Origin: an uncultured Candidatus Saccharibacteria bacterium
GTDB lineage: Bacteria; Patescibacteriota; Minisyncoccia; Phycocordibacterales; Phycocordibacteraceae
Assembly (NCBI GenBank): GCA_964569655.1
Contig: CAZMTN010000001.1
Location: 139,395-203,394, forward strand
Length of the DNA stretch: 64,000 nucleotides
Direction of reading: 5' to 3'
Numbering within the stretch: the first letter of the stretch is position 1; the number at the start of each line of letters is the position of its first letter. The notes beneath the pieces are model-generated. The model was given only the letters and a program-made list of their open reading frames with translations, made no database searches and had not been told where the DNA came from. Positions 27,678-36,768 of the stretch are shown here, piece by piece. The translations under genes and the position numbers were made by a program.

Positions 27678-28164
27678 TCACCCCATGAGAAGCGACACTC
27701 TCTTTGCGAACTACTTCATCGCATACGTCACGACGCTCATGTTTTTCGGCGTCGGCGCTATCACTACGCTCGGCATCAGCTGGTATCAGACGCTCATCCT
27801 TCCGGCATGGATGCCGCCGACCCTGCTCGTCGCAATCGTCTGGGCGCTCCTGTTCCTCCTTACGGCGTTTTCTTCGAGTATCGTATGGAGCCGCGAGCCG
27901 CATGATTCCCGGGTGCGTAGGGCTATCGCGCTCTACTCCCTGAACGCGCTCCTCGTCCTCCTCTGGAACTACCTCTTCTTCGGGCTCCACCTCCTCATGA
28001 TCGCGGGCGTAGTGGCCCTGGCTGTCGGCCTATCGGTCGTTGCCCTCATGATCCAGGTCGCCCGCATATCGAAGAAGGCGACCTGGCTGCTCGCTCCCTA
28101 CCTGGCCTGGATGGGCCTCGCCCTCTACCTGAATCACGTGATCTGGGCGCTTAACCCGTACTAA
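27667..28164 (+). CDS. TspO/MBR (tryptophan-rich sensory protein) family membrane protein, copy 1
   Basis: Five TM helices rich in Trp/Tyr and the conserved LLAPYLAWxxFA motif (WLLAPYLAWMGLALYLN). Start taken at the Met at 27667 rather than the ORF-track 27637. Confidence 0.65.
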   Translation: MTYNHPMRSDTLFANYFIAYVTTLMFFGVGAITTLGISWYQTLILPAWMPPTLLVAIVWALLFLLTAFSSSIVWSREPHDSRVRRAIALYSLNALLVLLWNYLFFGLHLLMIAGVVALAVGLSVVALMIQVARISKKATWLLAPYLAWMGLALYLNHVIWALNPY

Positions 28165-28173
28165 ATTCTTTGC

Positions 28174-28569
28174 ATGAGGACCTATCCGGAGTTCTATCAG
28201 ACCATCGACAAGCCGTTCTTCGCTCCTCCCGAGTGGGTCTTCGGCATCGCCTGGGGCGGCATCTACCCGCTTATCGCGATCGCCCTCTTCTATCTCGCCT
28301 ACCTTACGTTCAAGCGGCGAGTGCCGCGCGCCCTCATCCTCGTGTTCCTGGTAAACCTTGCCGCCAACTTCCTCTTCACGCCGCTCCAGCTCGGCCTCGA
28401 GTCGTTGTGGCCAGCCACCATCGACATACTGCTCATACTCGGGACGCTCCTCTATCTCGAATACAGGGTATTCCGCTATTCGAAGCTCGTCTTTGTCCTG
28501 CTGCTTCCATATCTCCTATGGGGCGCCTTCGCTACCGTGCTCCAGGTAACGATCACGCTCACCAACTAG
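28174..28569 (+). CDS. TspO/MBR family membrane protein, copy 2 (shorter tandem paralog)
   Basis: Same motifs (FFAPPEWVFGIAWGGIYPLIAIALF ... LLLPYLLWGAFATVL). Confidence 0.6.
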   Translation: MRTYPEFYQTIDKPFFAPPEWVFGIAWGGIYPLIAIALFYLAYLTFKRRVPRALILVFLVNLAANFLFTPLQLGLESLWPATIDILLILGTLLYLEYRVFRYSKLVFVLLLPYLLWGAFATVLQVTITLTN

Positions 28570-28671
28570 GGACGGCATCGCCATCGAGCGGCAGCGGAGG
28601 GCACTCCCCAGCCCCCGTTTGACCCCCTCTCAGGGCGTGCTTACATGAGGGGGTAATCACCTAATGTACGT

Positions 28672-29400
28672 ATGCAATCCAACCAAACTCTTATCGCCAT
28701 CCTGGCCGTCATCGTGGTCGGCGGCGGCATCTTCTGGTACACCCAGGAGAATCAGCCGGCAGGGGAGCCGCTCTTTGCTGTATCCATGATCTGCGCAGAC
28801 GACGCGCACTTCATCGCTGAATTCAGGACAGACCGCGAAGTGGATATCGTCGTCAACGGCGAGATCGTACGCACGGTCGCCCGCACCGCGGATGCGCCGC
28901 AGACGTTCGAGGACGCCGCGTTCACGTACGTGTTCGCCGGCGAGGAGGCCGTCGTGACCGACAAAGCTTCGGGCGCAAGCACCACCTGCAGCCAGCCGAT
29001 GGATCCGAACAATGCGCCGATGAACTTCGGCGATGCCGGAGAAGGAGCGGGCGTACAGCCCGCAGGCTCGCAGCCGAGCGCTACGCAGGTGGTCTCGGAA
29101 AGCATCGTCGGCAGGTGGATGAGCACCACGGACGAGAAGTTCGTCCGCGAGTTCAAGGAAGGCTCGGTCATCGACTGGTACGAGAACGAGGCGGTCTCCA
29201 CTGGCACGTGGAGGGCGTTCACGCAGGAGTCCGCCCCTGAGGTGTCGTTCCCGCTAGAGAGTAATACGGTCTATCTCGAGCTCACCATGGCCGGCACTCA
29301 GGAGGACAAGCTCTACTTCAAGCTGGTGAAGCTCACGCCGGAGAGCCTGCAGCTGATCTACATGGATCGCGGAGGCATGCTCGAGTTCGTCGCTATCTAG
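28672..29400 (+). CDS. Hypothetical membrane-anchored protein (242 aa)
   Basis: N-terminal TM LIAILAVIVVGGGIFWY; two Cys; no family recognised. Confidence 0.45.
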   Translation: MQSNQTLIAILAVIVVGGGIFWYTQENQPAGEPLFAVSMICADDAHFIAEFRTDREVDIVVNGEIVRTVARTADAPQTFEDAAFTYVFAGEEAVVTDKASGASTTCSQPMDPNNAPMNFGDAGEGAGVQPAGSQPSATQVVSESIVGRWMSTTDEKFVREFKEGSVIDWYENEAVSTGTWRAFTQESAPEVSFPLESNTVYLELTMAGTQEDKLYFKLVKLTPESLQLIYMDRGGMLEFVAI

Positions 29401-29470
29401 CGCTCTTCATCACGGCGTCATGGCTTACCTGCGATAACGAAGGTGTGCTTACCAGTAAACATCCGTCCCT

Positions 29471-29623
29471 ATGCTGTATACGATAGCGGTGCTGCTCGTG
29501 ATCCTGTGGCTCCTCGGCCTGGTCACCAACTACACGCTCGGGGGATTCATCTACATCCTCCTCGTACTCGCCATCATCATGGTCCTTGTCAGACTGATCC
29601 GCGGGGAGAATCCCATCCGATAG
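29471..29623 (+). CDS. lmo0937-family small membrane protein (50 aa)
   Basis: MLYTIAVLLVILWLLGLVTNYTLGGFIYILLVLAIIMVLVRLIRGENPIR matches the characteristic lmo0937 two-helix pattern. Confidence 0.5.
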   Translation: MLYTIAVLLVILWLLGLVTNYTLGGFIYILLVLAIIMVLVRLIRGENPIR

Positions 29624-29663
29624 CGTATAGTGGTTCCGTACCACGCGTACAGACACACCGATT

Positions 29664-29933
29664 ATGGATGCATTCCTCAAGATGGATATCTTCTTCCTCG
29701 TCACGACGCTCGCCGTCGTGGCCCTCACTGTGCTTTCCGCTATCACCCTGTTCCGCCTCAATCGCATCCTCAGGAGCGTAGAGCACATCACGGAGCAGGT
29801 GGCTGCGGAGAGCGATGCGGTGCGGCTCGACCTCGCCGAGATGCGGGGCGATATCCGCCGAGGCAAGGGGAAGATCAAATCGCTGCTCGGGTTCCTCGAC
29901 AAGACCGCCAAGCGGGCGAACGAAGACCAATAA
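29664..29933 (+). CDS. Small membrane protein (DUF948-like: N-terminal TM plus C-terminal amphipathic helix)
   Basis: MDAFLKMDIFFLVTTLAVVALTVLSAITLF then a charged helix. Confidence 0.4.
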   Translation: MDAFLKMDIFFLVTTLAVVALTVLSAITLFRLNRILRSVEHITEQVAAESDAVRLDLAEMRGDIRRGKGKIKSLLGFLDKTAKRANEDQ

Positions 29934-29947
29934 CTTTACCTTTCACC

Positions 29948-30364
29948 ATGAAAAAGAATACGAGAGTAGCAGCAGAAGTCGGCGCGGGCATCGCCGTCGC
30001 CGCTGCAGCAGCCGCAGCCGGCTACTACTTCTACGGAAGCAAAGACGCCAAGAAGCACCGCAAGATCGCCGCGAAGTGGGCTGGCGACATGAAGAAGGAC
30101 GTCGTCCGCGAGGCGAAAAAGCTCAAGAACGTTGAGGCGAAAGATATCGCCGCTATCGTGGATAGCGCCGCGGCGACGTACTACGGCGTGCAGAACATCG
30201 ACCGTAAGGACCTCGCTCGCGCCGCTAAGGAGCTCAAGGCAAATTGGGAGATGGTGCGCAAGGAAGCGGGCCATACGGCCAAGCGGAGCGTGAGCGCCGC
30301 CAAGAAGACGGCGAAGAAGGCCGTCGCTAAGGCAGCGAAGAAGTCCGCGAAGAAGCGCAAGTAA
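29948..30364 (+). CDS. Hypothetical Lys/Ala-rich basic protein (138 aa)
   Basis: Internal Met MKKNTRVAAEVG... chosen over the ORF-track start 29630, which overlaps the previous gene in another frame. C-terminus KKTAKKAVAKAAKKSAKKRK. Confidence 0.4.
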   Translation: MKKNTRVAAEVGAGIAVAAAAAAAGYYFYGSKDAKKHRKIAAKWAGDMKKDVVREAKKLKNVEAKDIAAIVDSAAATYYGVQNIDRKDLARAAKELKANWEMVRKEAGHTAKRSVSAAKKTAKKAVAKAAKKSAKKRK

Positions 30365-30431
30365 GAGGGCGCCGAAGGAGAAGTGAACAAGGGCCGCGCA
30401 AGCGGCCTTTGGCGTCTGGTACACTTATCCC

Positions 30432-30770
30432 ATGAACCTGCTCATCCACTGGCTTACCGCGACCGCTGCCATCCTCGTCGCCGCATATCTCATTCCTGGG
30501 GTGGCGGTGACGCTCGTGGGCGCGCTCGTCTTCGCGGTGGTGCTGGGCCTCGTGAACGTATTCGTGCGTCCGGTCCTCTTCCTGCTCACGCTCCCGGTCA
30601 CCATCCTCACGCTCGGCCTGTTCTCTCTGGTGCTGAACGCACTCCTCGTCTGGCTCGCGGGATCCGTCGTGCCGGGCGTCTCTATCGAAGGCTTCTGGAC
30701 CGCTTTCATCTTCTCAATACTCCTCGCGCTCGTGAACGCGCTCTTCAATCTCCTGCGCAAGGACGACTAG
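30432..30770 (+). CDS. Phage holin family 4-like (PF04020-type) membrane protein
   Basis: 112 aa, four TM segments with the typical LIHWLxxAxAILVAAYLIPGVxV N-terminus. Confidence 0.5.
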   Translation: MNLLIHWLTATAAILVAAYLIPGVAVTLVGALVFAVVLGLVNVFVRPVLFLLTLPVTILTLGLFSLVLNALLVWLAGSVVPGVSIEGFWTAFIFSILLALVNALFNLLRKDD

Positions 30771-30771
30771 C

Positions 30772-31272
30772 ATGAGCGAGCGCAGCAAGGTGGCGATGTA
30801 CCTCCGGAACCTGGTGTTCGGGATAGAGGACAGCCTCGTCTCCACCGTCGGGCTCCTTGCGGGCATCGCTGCAGGGGGCGCTCCGCGCGAGACGCTCATC
30901 CTCACCGGCATCGTGCTCATCTCGGTGGAGGCGCTCTCCATGGCGGCCGGCAGCTTCCTGTCCGAGGAGTCCGCGCGGGAGTACGAGAGCAGGCACGCCA
31001 TCTCATACCGCTATGCGCTTGTGGGCGCATGCATCATGTTCGTTTCGTACATCGTCGCGGGGCTTTTCCCGCTCCTGCCATACCTCCTCCTTTCCGGGAG
31101 CGAGGCGCTGGTCGCATCAGTGGGCCTCTCGCTCGTCCTGCTTGCTGCGCTCGGCACCTATCACGCGAAGATCGCAGCGGTATCCGCATGGCGTTCCGCG
31201 CTTCGCATGGTGCTCATCGGAGGGGCAGCCATCGCGCTCGGGGTGTTCATAGGGCAGCTGTTCGGGGTGTAG
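30772..31272 (+). CDS. VIT1/CCC1-family (vacuolar iron transporter-like) membrane protein
   Basis: FGIEDSLVSTVGLLAGIAAG and ALSMAAGSFLSEESARE are hallmarks of the VIT family. Confidence 0.6.
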   Translation: MSERSKVAMYLRNLVFGIEDSLVSTVGLLAGIAAGGAPRETLILTGIVLISVEALSMAAGSFLSEESAREYESRHAISYRYALVGACIMFVSYIVAGLFPLLPYLLLSGSEALVASVGLSLVLLAALGTYHAKIAAVSAWRSALRMVLIGGAAIALGVFIGQLFGV

Positions 31273-31278
31273 AAATAA

Positions 31279-31303
31279 AACAGGCGCCCGTGGGGCGCCT
31301 GTT
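31279..31303. terminator. Hairpin AACAGGCGCCC-GTG-GGGCGCCTGTT; the T-tract lies on the minus strand, so it mainly terminates 31310..31642
   Basis: 11-bp stem. Confidence 0.5.
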
Positions 31304-31309
31304 CTTACA

Positions 31310-31642
31310 TTAAGGAATCGTCGCCCGCATCGACCTCGCCCCTGCGCGCTCGGCCTCATACTGGAGATGCTCCTTGATCTCAGCCAGCTCGCGACGTCGG
31401 TAGAGATTGCGGAAGTACCGGTCTCGAAGCCAGGGCGGGAAGTACATGCCCGCGCCCATATCGATCTGGAGGGAATGATGATTCCCATCCTCGGGAATGT
31501 GATTCCAATACCATGCCGCACGGACATAGGTGAGCGGCACGACGATGATGCTCAGATACGCGATGGTGAGCGAGAGCTTGATGCGCTCGAGCTTGCGGCG
31601 CTTGAAGCGCCTTATGCGGGCCAGTAATCTAAGGAACTTCAT
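31310..31642 (-). CDS. Hypothetical membrane protein (110 aa)
   Basis: Basic N-terminus then TM IAYLSIIVVPL; terminator downstream. Confidence 0.4.
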   Translation of the reverse strand: MKFLRLLARIRRFKRRKLERIKLSLTIAYLSIIVVPLTYVRAAWYWNHIPEDGNHHSLQIDMGAGMYFPPWLRDRYFRNLYRRRELAEIKEHLQYEAERAGARSMRATIP

Positions 31643-31739
31643 GTACGTCTCCCTCGTTGGACTGCCGCCAGCATGTTCCCGCTGCGTTCGAGTGTCAAGT
31701 TATCCGCTCCGCGAGCGCCCTCCTTCACGTCCTCTGACG

Positions 31740-31745
31740 TATACT
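31740..31745 (+). promoter_or_regulatory. TATACT -10-like hexamer 7 nt upstream of the ATG at 31753 (leaderless pattern)
   Basis: Read directly; no Shine-Dalgarno sequence present. Confidence 0.3.
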
Positions 31746-31752
31746 TACTCGT

Positions 31753-34485
31753 ATGGAGGGACTAGAGCGACCGCTTCAGACGCCTGAAGAGGAACTGCAG
31801 TATCTGCGCGCCCAAGTGGAAGCGAAAGAGCGCGAGCTTTTAGCTATGAAGCAGGAACAGCCGCGGGAAGCGGTGGTGCATGAGCGTATCCTGCATCACC
31901 GGGAGAACGCGCCGCTGGCTCCCGAGTACAAGATCCCGGAGGCCGAAGCGAACACGCTCGCCTTGAACCTCGATCCCGACGATAACGACGAGACCATCAA
32001 CGAGCTCCGCTCCATCATGGAGGAGAAAGGCATCAAGAACGCGTTCCTGGTGCTCGAGAAGCTCAAGAACCCGCACATGGAGGACGATTTCCACCGCTTC
32101 CTCGTGCAGTACATAAAGAACGGCATGCAGGTACCGGGCTATGAGAAGCAGCCGGCCTGGAAGGCGCTTCACATGACCCTCTACGAAATCTCCCTGCCCG
32201 AGGCGAAGAATCAGGAGGAGCGGGCGAAGTCGCTGAAGGAGCTCATCTCCGCTATGGAGCAGTTCTACTCAGGCATGCTCTCAGTGGGGAGCGCGGATCG
32301 GAACGAACCGACATACTTCTCCATGGAGCTCGCGGTGCCGGTGAATTCGGCCCAGCTTTCGTTCTTCGTCGCCGTGCCGAACCAGAAGAAGGACCTCTTC
32401 GAGAAGCAGCTCCTCGGGGTGTTCCCGAATGCCGAGCTCACGCCCCAGCCGAACGATTACAACGTCTTCGTCGAGGACGGCATGGCGAGCGCTGCAGTAG
32501 CTACCCTTGAGAGGCGCCCTGCGCTCCCGCTCAAGGACTACCAGGATTTCGACTACGATCCGCTGAATTCCATCCTGAACGCCTTCGCGAAGATCGAGCA
32601 CGAAGGGGAGGGCGCCGCGCTCCAGATCATCCTCGAACCTGCCGGCAACCGCTACACCGAGCATTACCGCACGATCCTCGAAGCGCTCCGGAAGGGCGAG
32701 CGCCGCGATCAGGCGCTCTCGACGCCGGAGACGCTGCTCGGCTTTGCCGCGCGGGACATCAGCCGCACCTTCTTCGGCGGTACCCAGCAGAAGCGCGACG
32801 AGCATGAGGACTTCCAGCGCCGCATCGAGGCGAACAAGACGGACATCGAGCAGGTGGAGAAGAAGGTGTCTACGCCGATCGTGAACGCCACGATCCGCCT
32901 TGTCGTCTCCTCCGCGGACGCGTATCGCGCGCAGGCCGGACTCTCGGACCTCGAAGCGTCCTTCAATCAATTCGATAACACGGCAGGCAACAGGCTCAAG
33001 TTCGAGCACCCGGCGCCGCACCGCGCTGCCGGCGTCTTCCGCGATTTCACTTTCCGCGTGCCGGACACGAAGCCCGTACCGCTCTCGCTTCGCGAAGTGA
33101 CCACGCTCTACCACTTCCCGCCGAACGGCATCGAATCGGCGCCGCAGCTCAAGCAATCCCGCTTCACGGGCGCTCCCGCTCCGCTTGGGCTCCCGGCATC
33201 GGGCACGTTCCTCGGGACCAACAATTTCCGCGGCAAGAGCACGCAGGCGTATCTGGCGCTTGAGGACCGCATGCGCCATCTCTATATCATCGGACAGACT
33301 GGCACCGGTAAGTCCGTGTTCATGCGCAACCTGGCCATTCAGGACATCAAGGACGGCAAGGGCGTCTGCTTCATCGATCCGCACGGCAACGACATCCTCG
33401 ACATCCTCGCGGCTGTCCCGCCGGAGCGCTATGAGGACGTCATCTACTTCGACCCGGCTGAGGTGACCCGCCCGTTCGGATTGAACCTTCTCGAATACGA
33501 TGCGTCGAAGCCGGAGCAGAAGACGTTCATCGTGAACGAGATCCTCGCCATCTTCCGCCGCCTCTACGGCGACGTTCCGGAGAGCATGGGACCGATGTTC
33601 GAGCAGTACTTCCGTAACTCGACGCAGCTCGTCATGGAGGATCCGGACTCCGGCTCCACCATCCTCGATATCCCGCGCGTGCTCGCGAACAAGGCATTCC
33701 GCGATATGAAGCTCAGCAAATGCAAGAATCCGGTGGTCACCCAGTTCTGGCGGGAGATCGCGACGCAGGCGGGCGGGGAGGCGTCTCTTGAGAACATCGT
33801 CCCGTACATCACGAACAAGTTCGACGACTTCACCGCGAACGACTTCATGCGTCCGATCGTCGGGCAGCAGCATTCTTCCTTCAATTTCCGCGACGTCATC
33901 GACGGCAACAAGATCCTGCTCGTGAACCTCTCGAAAGGCCGACTCGGGGAACGGAACGCGAACCTCCTCGGCCTCATCCTGGTCGGGAAGCTCTTCATGG
34001 CCGCGCTCTCCCGCGCGGACAACCCGCGCGCCGAGTACCCGCCGTTCTTCCTCTATATCGACGAGTTCCAGAACATAACCACCGACTCCATCCCGGGCAT
34101 CCTGTCTGAGGCTCGCAAGTACAAGCTCTCGCTCACCATCGCGCATCAGTTCCTGTCCCAGGTGGATGAGAAAATCCGGAACGCCGTGTTCGGCAACGTC
34201 GGCAGCATGGCGGTGTTCCGCGTCGGCGAGGAGGACGGCGAATACTTCGCGAAGCAGTTCGCGCCGGTATTCTCCGCGCTCGACTTCGTGAACATCGAGA
34301 ACTACAACGCGTACCTCCGCATCCTCTCGAAGGGCGTGCCGCAGAAGCCGTTCAACGTGAAGACCCCGCCGCCGATAGCGGGGAATCCGAATCAGGTCGA
34401 TGACCTCCGCCAGCTCTCGTACCTCACGTACGGCAGGGACCGTCAACAGGTGGAGGATATGATTCGCGCGCGGTACCTGTCATAA
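31753..34485 (+). CDS. FtsK/HerA/VirD4-superfamily P-loop ATPase (type IV coupling-protein-like C-terminal half) with a ~480-aa N-terminal domain of unknown function
   Basis: 910 aa. Walker A HLYIIGQTGTGKSVF, Walker B FFLYIDEFQNI, then LSLTIAHQFLSQV, which resembles the IxQSxSQL region of TraG/VirD4/TrwB coupling proteins. No N-terminal TM helices; N-terminal coiled coil. Confidence 0.7.
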   Translation: MEGLERPLQTPEEELQYLRAQVEAKERELLAMKQEQPREAVVHERILHHRENAPLAPEYKIPEAEANTLALNLDPDDNDETINELRSIMEEKGIKNAFLVLEKLKNPHMEDDFHRFLVQYIKNGMQVPGYEKQPAWKALHMTLYEISLPEAKNQEERAKSLKELISAMEQFYSGMLSVGSADRNEPTYFSMELAVPVNSAQLSFFVAVPNQKKDLFEKQLLGVFPNAELTPQPNDYNVFVEDGMASAAVATLERRPALPLKDYQDFDYDPLNSILNAFAKIEHEGEGAALQIILEPAGNRYTEHYRTILEALRKGERRDQALSTPETLLGFAARDISRTFFGGTQQKRDEHEDFQRRIEANKTDIEQVEKKVSTPIVNATIRLVVSSADAYRAQAGLSDLEASFNQFDNTAGNRLKFEHPAPHRAAGVFRDFTFRVPDTKPVPLSLREVTTLYHFPPNGIESAPQLKQSRFTGAPAPLGLPASGTFLGTNNFRGKSTQAYLALEDRMRHLYIIGQTGTGKSVFMRNLAIQDIKDGKGVCFIDPHGNDILDILAAVPPERYEDVIYFDPAEVTRPFGLNLLEYDASKPEQKTFIVNEILAIFRRLYGDVPESMGPMFEQYFRNSTQLVMEDPDSGSTILDIPRVLANKAFRDMKLSKCKNPVVTQFWREIATQAGGEASLENIVPYITNKFDDFTANDFMRPIVGQQHSSFNFRDVIDGNKILLVNLSKGRLGERNANLLGLILVGKLFMAALSRADNPRAEYPPFFLYIDEFQNITTDSIPGILSEARKYKLSLTIAHQFLSQVDEKIRNAVFGNVGSMAVFRVGEEDGEYFAKQFAPVFSALDFVNIENYNAYLRILSKGVPQKPFNVKTPPPIAGNPNQVDDLRQLSYLTYGRDRQQVEDMIRARYLS

Positions 34486-34486
34486 T
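34478..34486 (+). promoter_or_regulatory. TGtCATAAT extended -10, 8 nt upstream of the ATG at 34495
   Basis: Read directly; overlaps the stop of the upstream ATPase gene. Confidence 0.3.
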
Positions 34487-34494
34487 TCGTCTAT

Positions 34495-36441
34495 ATGCAA
34501 GAAGACCCTCCGCGCATAGTCCCGCCAGCATCAGAAGAGAAGCGTCCAAAGACGTTCGAGGAAGTGTGGGGCGAGGCATCCCCGACCCATCGCGAGCCTA
34601 CGTTCTCGACGGGCGCAGCGACAACATTCAACGATTCCTTCCGTTCACTCGGCGAGGTACTGCAGCCCGTGGAAGGCGAGGACAGCGTAGGTGTCTCCCG
34701 CGTAGAGACACCGGAGTGGAAGCAGAAGCTGAAGGGCGCTGTCGAGTCGCTGCAGGCGATCTCAAGCGCAGCGATAGAAGGGACGAAGAAGGGCGCAAAG
34801 GAGGCATACCGCTACGTGTCAGAGCGAGGCGCAGCGCTTACCGAGAAGCTCAAGAGCTACATTCCGGGATTCAAGGCAGAAGAAGATGCGCCAGAGAGCG
34901 CAGAACCCAAGGAGGGAAGTCCGAGATTCGAGAAGCTGAAGGCGTTCCTTAAGAGCAGCGGCGAAGGATACGCGGCAAAGCTCAAGGAGCTCGGCATTAA
35001 GGCGGGCTCAGGCGTCTTGGAGCTGGGTAAGAGGTATAACGCACTTCCGTTCAAGGTGAAGCTCGGGATTGGAGCTGCGCTGCTCAGCGGATCGGCTGCG
35101 GTCATCTTCACCGGAGGAGCCGCTTCGGCGCTCGCTGGCCCGCTGTCAGCATTGGCTCTTACGCGGCGCATCGCTGCCGCAGCCGGCGGCGCAGTGACGG
35201 CCGATGCATTCCTCGAGAAAAAGGGCGTCACATCGAAAAAGGCTCGCTGGCTCATCATCGGCGCCGGAGCGGTCGGCGGCGTTACGCTCATGGAGAGCCT
35301 GCAATACCTCAACTATTCCGGAAGCACGAGCGACGGAAGCGCTCCGGAGGCGGCCAAGCCGAGCGCAACGGACGCCAAATTCAATCCGAAGGTATCGGAT
35401 GCGATGTCTTTCCCGGGAGACGCTCCGAAGCCGGCTGCTTACTCATTCGGCGCCGAGAAGTCGTTCGGTGTCGGCGACATTAGCGCTAAGGACGTCTCGG
35501 TAGCAGATAGCTACCCTGATGCTCCCCATTTCAATGAGAGCGGCTTCCCTAAGGAGCCGGTAACGGCAAGCATCCATGAGCCCGGGCAGGGCGCGAATCA
35601 GATGTTCCTCGAGCTCAAGGTGCAGCTGCGCGAGCTCTACAAGAATGACATTGCGACCGCGCCTCCTGAGATTCAGGAAATTGTAAAGTCACGGGTGCAC
35701 GATCTTTCTGCAAAGTACGGATTCCTCGAGAACGGGAAGTTCCCGATCATGCATGACGGAGATCAGATCCAGGTGAACGGGAAGGGAGAGCTAGTATTTA
35801 CCCGCGCAGGAGGCACGCCGGAGATTCTGAAGCCATTTCAGGCACCGTCTCCTCAGATGCAGGCGCCCGTCTTCGAAGGCCCGATGCAGGAAGCGCAGGT
35901 TCCGATTCCGGCGGAAGCGGAGGCAGCAGTACCTGCGGATCCATACACCACTTATATCCCCGAGGGGGGTGCGACTGAATTAACTTCGCAGCCTCAGGCA
36001 ATCGCTCCGGGGGATTCGCTGCCTGCATATCAGCCATCCGGAGCGGTTTCAGAACCTGGACCGGCACAGAGCTACCCGCCTTCGGACACGCTTCCGGCAT
36101 ACGAGGGTGGAGCTGGTGCGGCGGCACCTGCTGCCTCCACCATTGAGGCATTCAAGCTCAGCGATGGCACTGTCGTTGATCCTGCCACGCCGCATCTCTA
36201 CGAGACGAAGGAGGGCAGTTTCCTCTATGGCGGAGAAGACGGAAGTGCGGATCAGGTAGCGCAGCGCGAAGCCGTACGTACCGGGAAGCCGGTCTTCGTG
36301 AATCATTCCTATAACAACGCGCTCGGCGAGCGCGTGGTCATGGTGCATGAGTTCGCACCGGGTAATACGTTACCGTCCTTGCACAATGACCCGTCGTTCG
36401 ACCTTGAACCGAAGCGCGGATTTATCAAGCTGAAGCCGTAG
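34495..36441 (+). CDS. Large hypothetical protein (648 aa): Pro/Ala-rich, with a central hydrophobic Gly/Ala-rich segment
   Basis: Hydrophobic stretch LGIGAALLSGSAAVIFTGGAASALAGPLSALAL...WLIIGAGAVGGVTLM; Pro-rich low-complexity runs; conserved-looking C-terminal ~100 aa; no known motifs. Confidence 0.5.
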   Translation: MQEDPPRIVPPASEEKRPKTFEEVWGEASPTHREPTFSTGAATTFNDSFRSLGEVLQPVEGEDSVGVSRVETPEWKQKLKGAVESLQAISSAAIEGTKKGAKEAYRYVSERGAALTEKLKSYIPGFKAEEDAPESAEPKEGSPRFEKLKAFLKSSGEGYAAKLKELGIKAGSGVLELGKRYNALPFKVKLGIGAALLSGSAAVIFTGGAASALAGPLSALALTRRIAAAAGGAVTADAFLEKKGVTSKKARWLIIGAGAVGGVTLMESLQYLNYSGSTSDGSAPEAAKPSATDAKFNPKVSDAMSFPGDAPKPAAYSFGAEKSFGVGDISAKDVSVADSYPDAPHFNESGFPKEPVTASIHEPGQGANQMFLELKVQLRELYKNDIATAPPEIQEIVKSRVHDLSAKYGFLENGKFPIMHDGDQIQVNGKGELVFTRAGGTPEILKPFQAPSPQMQAPVFEGPMQEAQVPIPAEAEAAVPADPYTTYIPEGGATELTSQPQAIAPGDSLPAYQPSGAVSEPGPAQSYPPSDTLPAYEGGAGAAAPAASTIEAFKLSDGTVVDPATPHLYETKEGSFLYGGEDGSADQVAQREAVRTGKPVFVNHSYNNALGERVVMVHEFAPGNTLPSLHNDPSFDLEPKRGFIKLKP

Positions 36442-36455
36442 TACACTAATCACAT

Positions 36456-36758
36456 ATGAATCCAGACGAAATCCAGAAGAAGGTAGCGGACGACCTCGGC
36501 ATCGGCGACCTTTCTGACGAGGAGCAGAAAAAGATAATCGCCGACTTCGGCGGCGTGGCGCTCCAGGCCTCCACGGTAGCCGTCATCGAGGCGCTCCCAG
36601 CGGAAAGGCGCAACGAATTCGCGCAGCTCCTCCAGGCGGGGGACGAGGAGGCCGTCGCTACCTTCCTCGGCGCGAATTTGCCGGACCACGAGAACGTGGC
36701 GCGTCAAGCGGTCGCAGCCGAGATCCAGCGCTTCAAGGACTTCCAGAAGACGGTATAA
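36456..36758 (+). CDS. Hypothetical small acidic protein (100 aa)
   Basis: TACACT -10-like hexamer 7 nt upstream of the ATG. Confidence 0.4.
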   Translation: MNPDEIQKKVADDLGIGDLSDEEQKKIIADFGGVALQASTVAVIEALPAERRNEFAQLLQAGDEEAVATFLGANLPDHENVARQAVAAEIQRFKDFQKTV

Positions 36759-36768
36759 TACTTTCCGT

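Noticed and set aside
32281-34446. 721-aa ORF on the minus strand
   Set aside because: Antisense shadow of the well-supported ATPase gene 31753..34485; Arg/Asp/Glu-rich composition typical of high-GC antisense frames.
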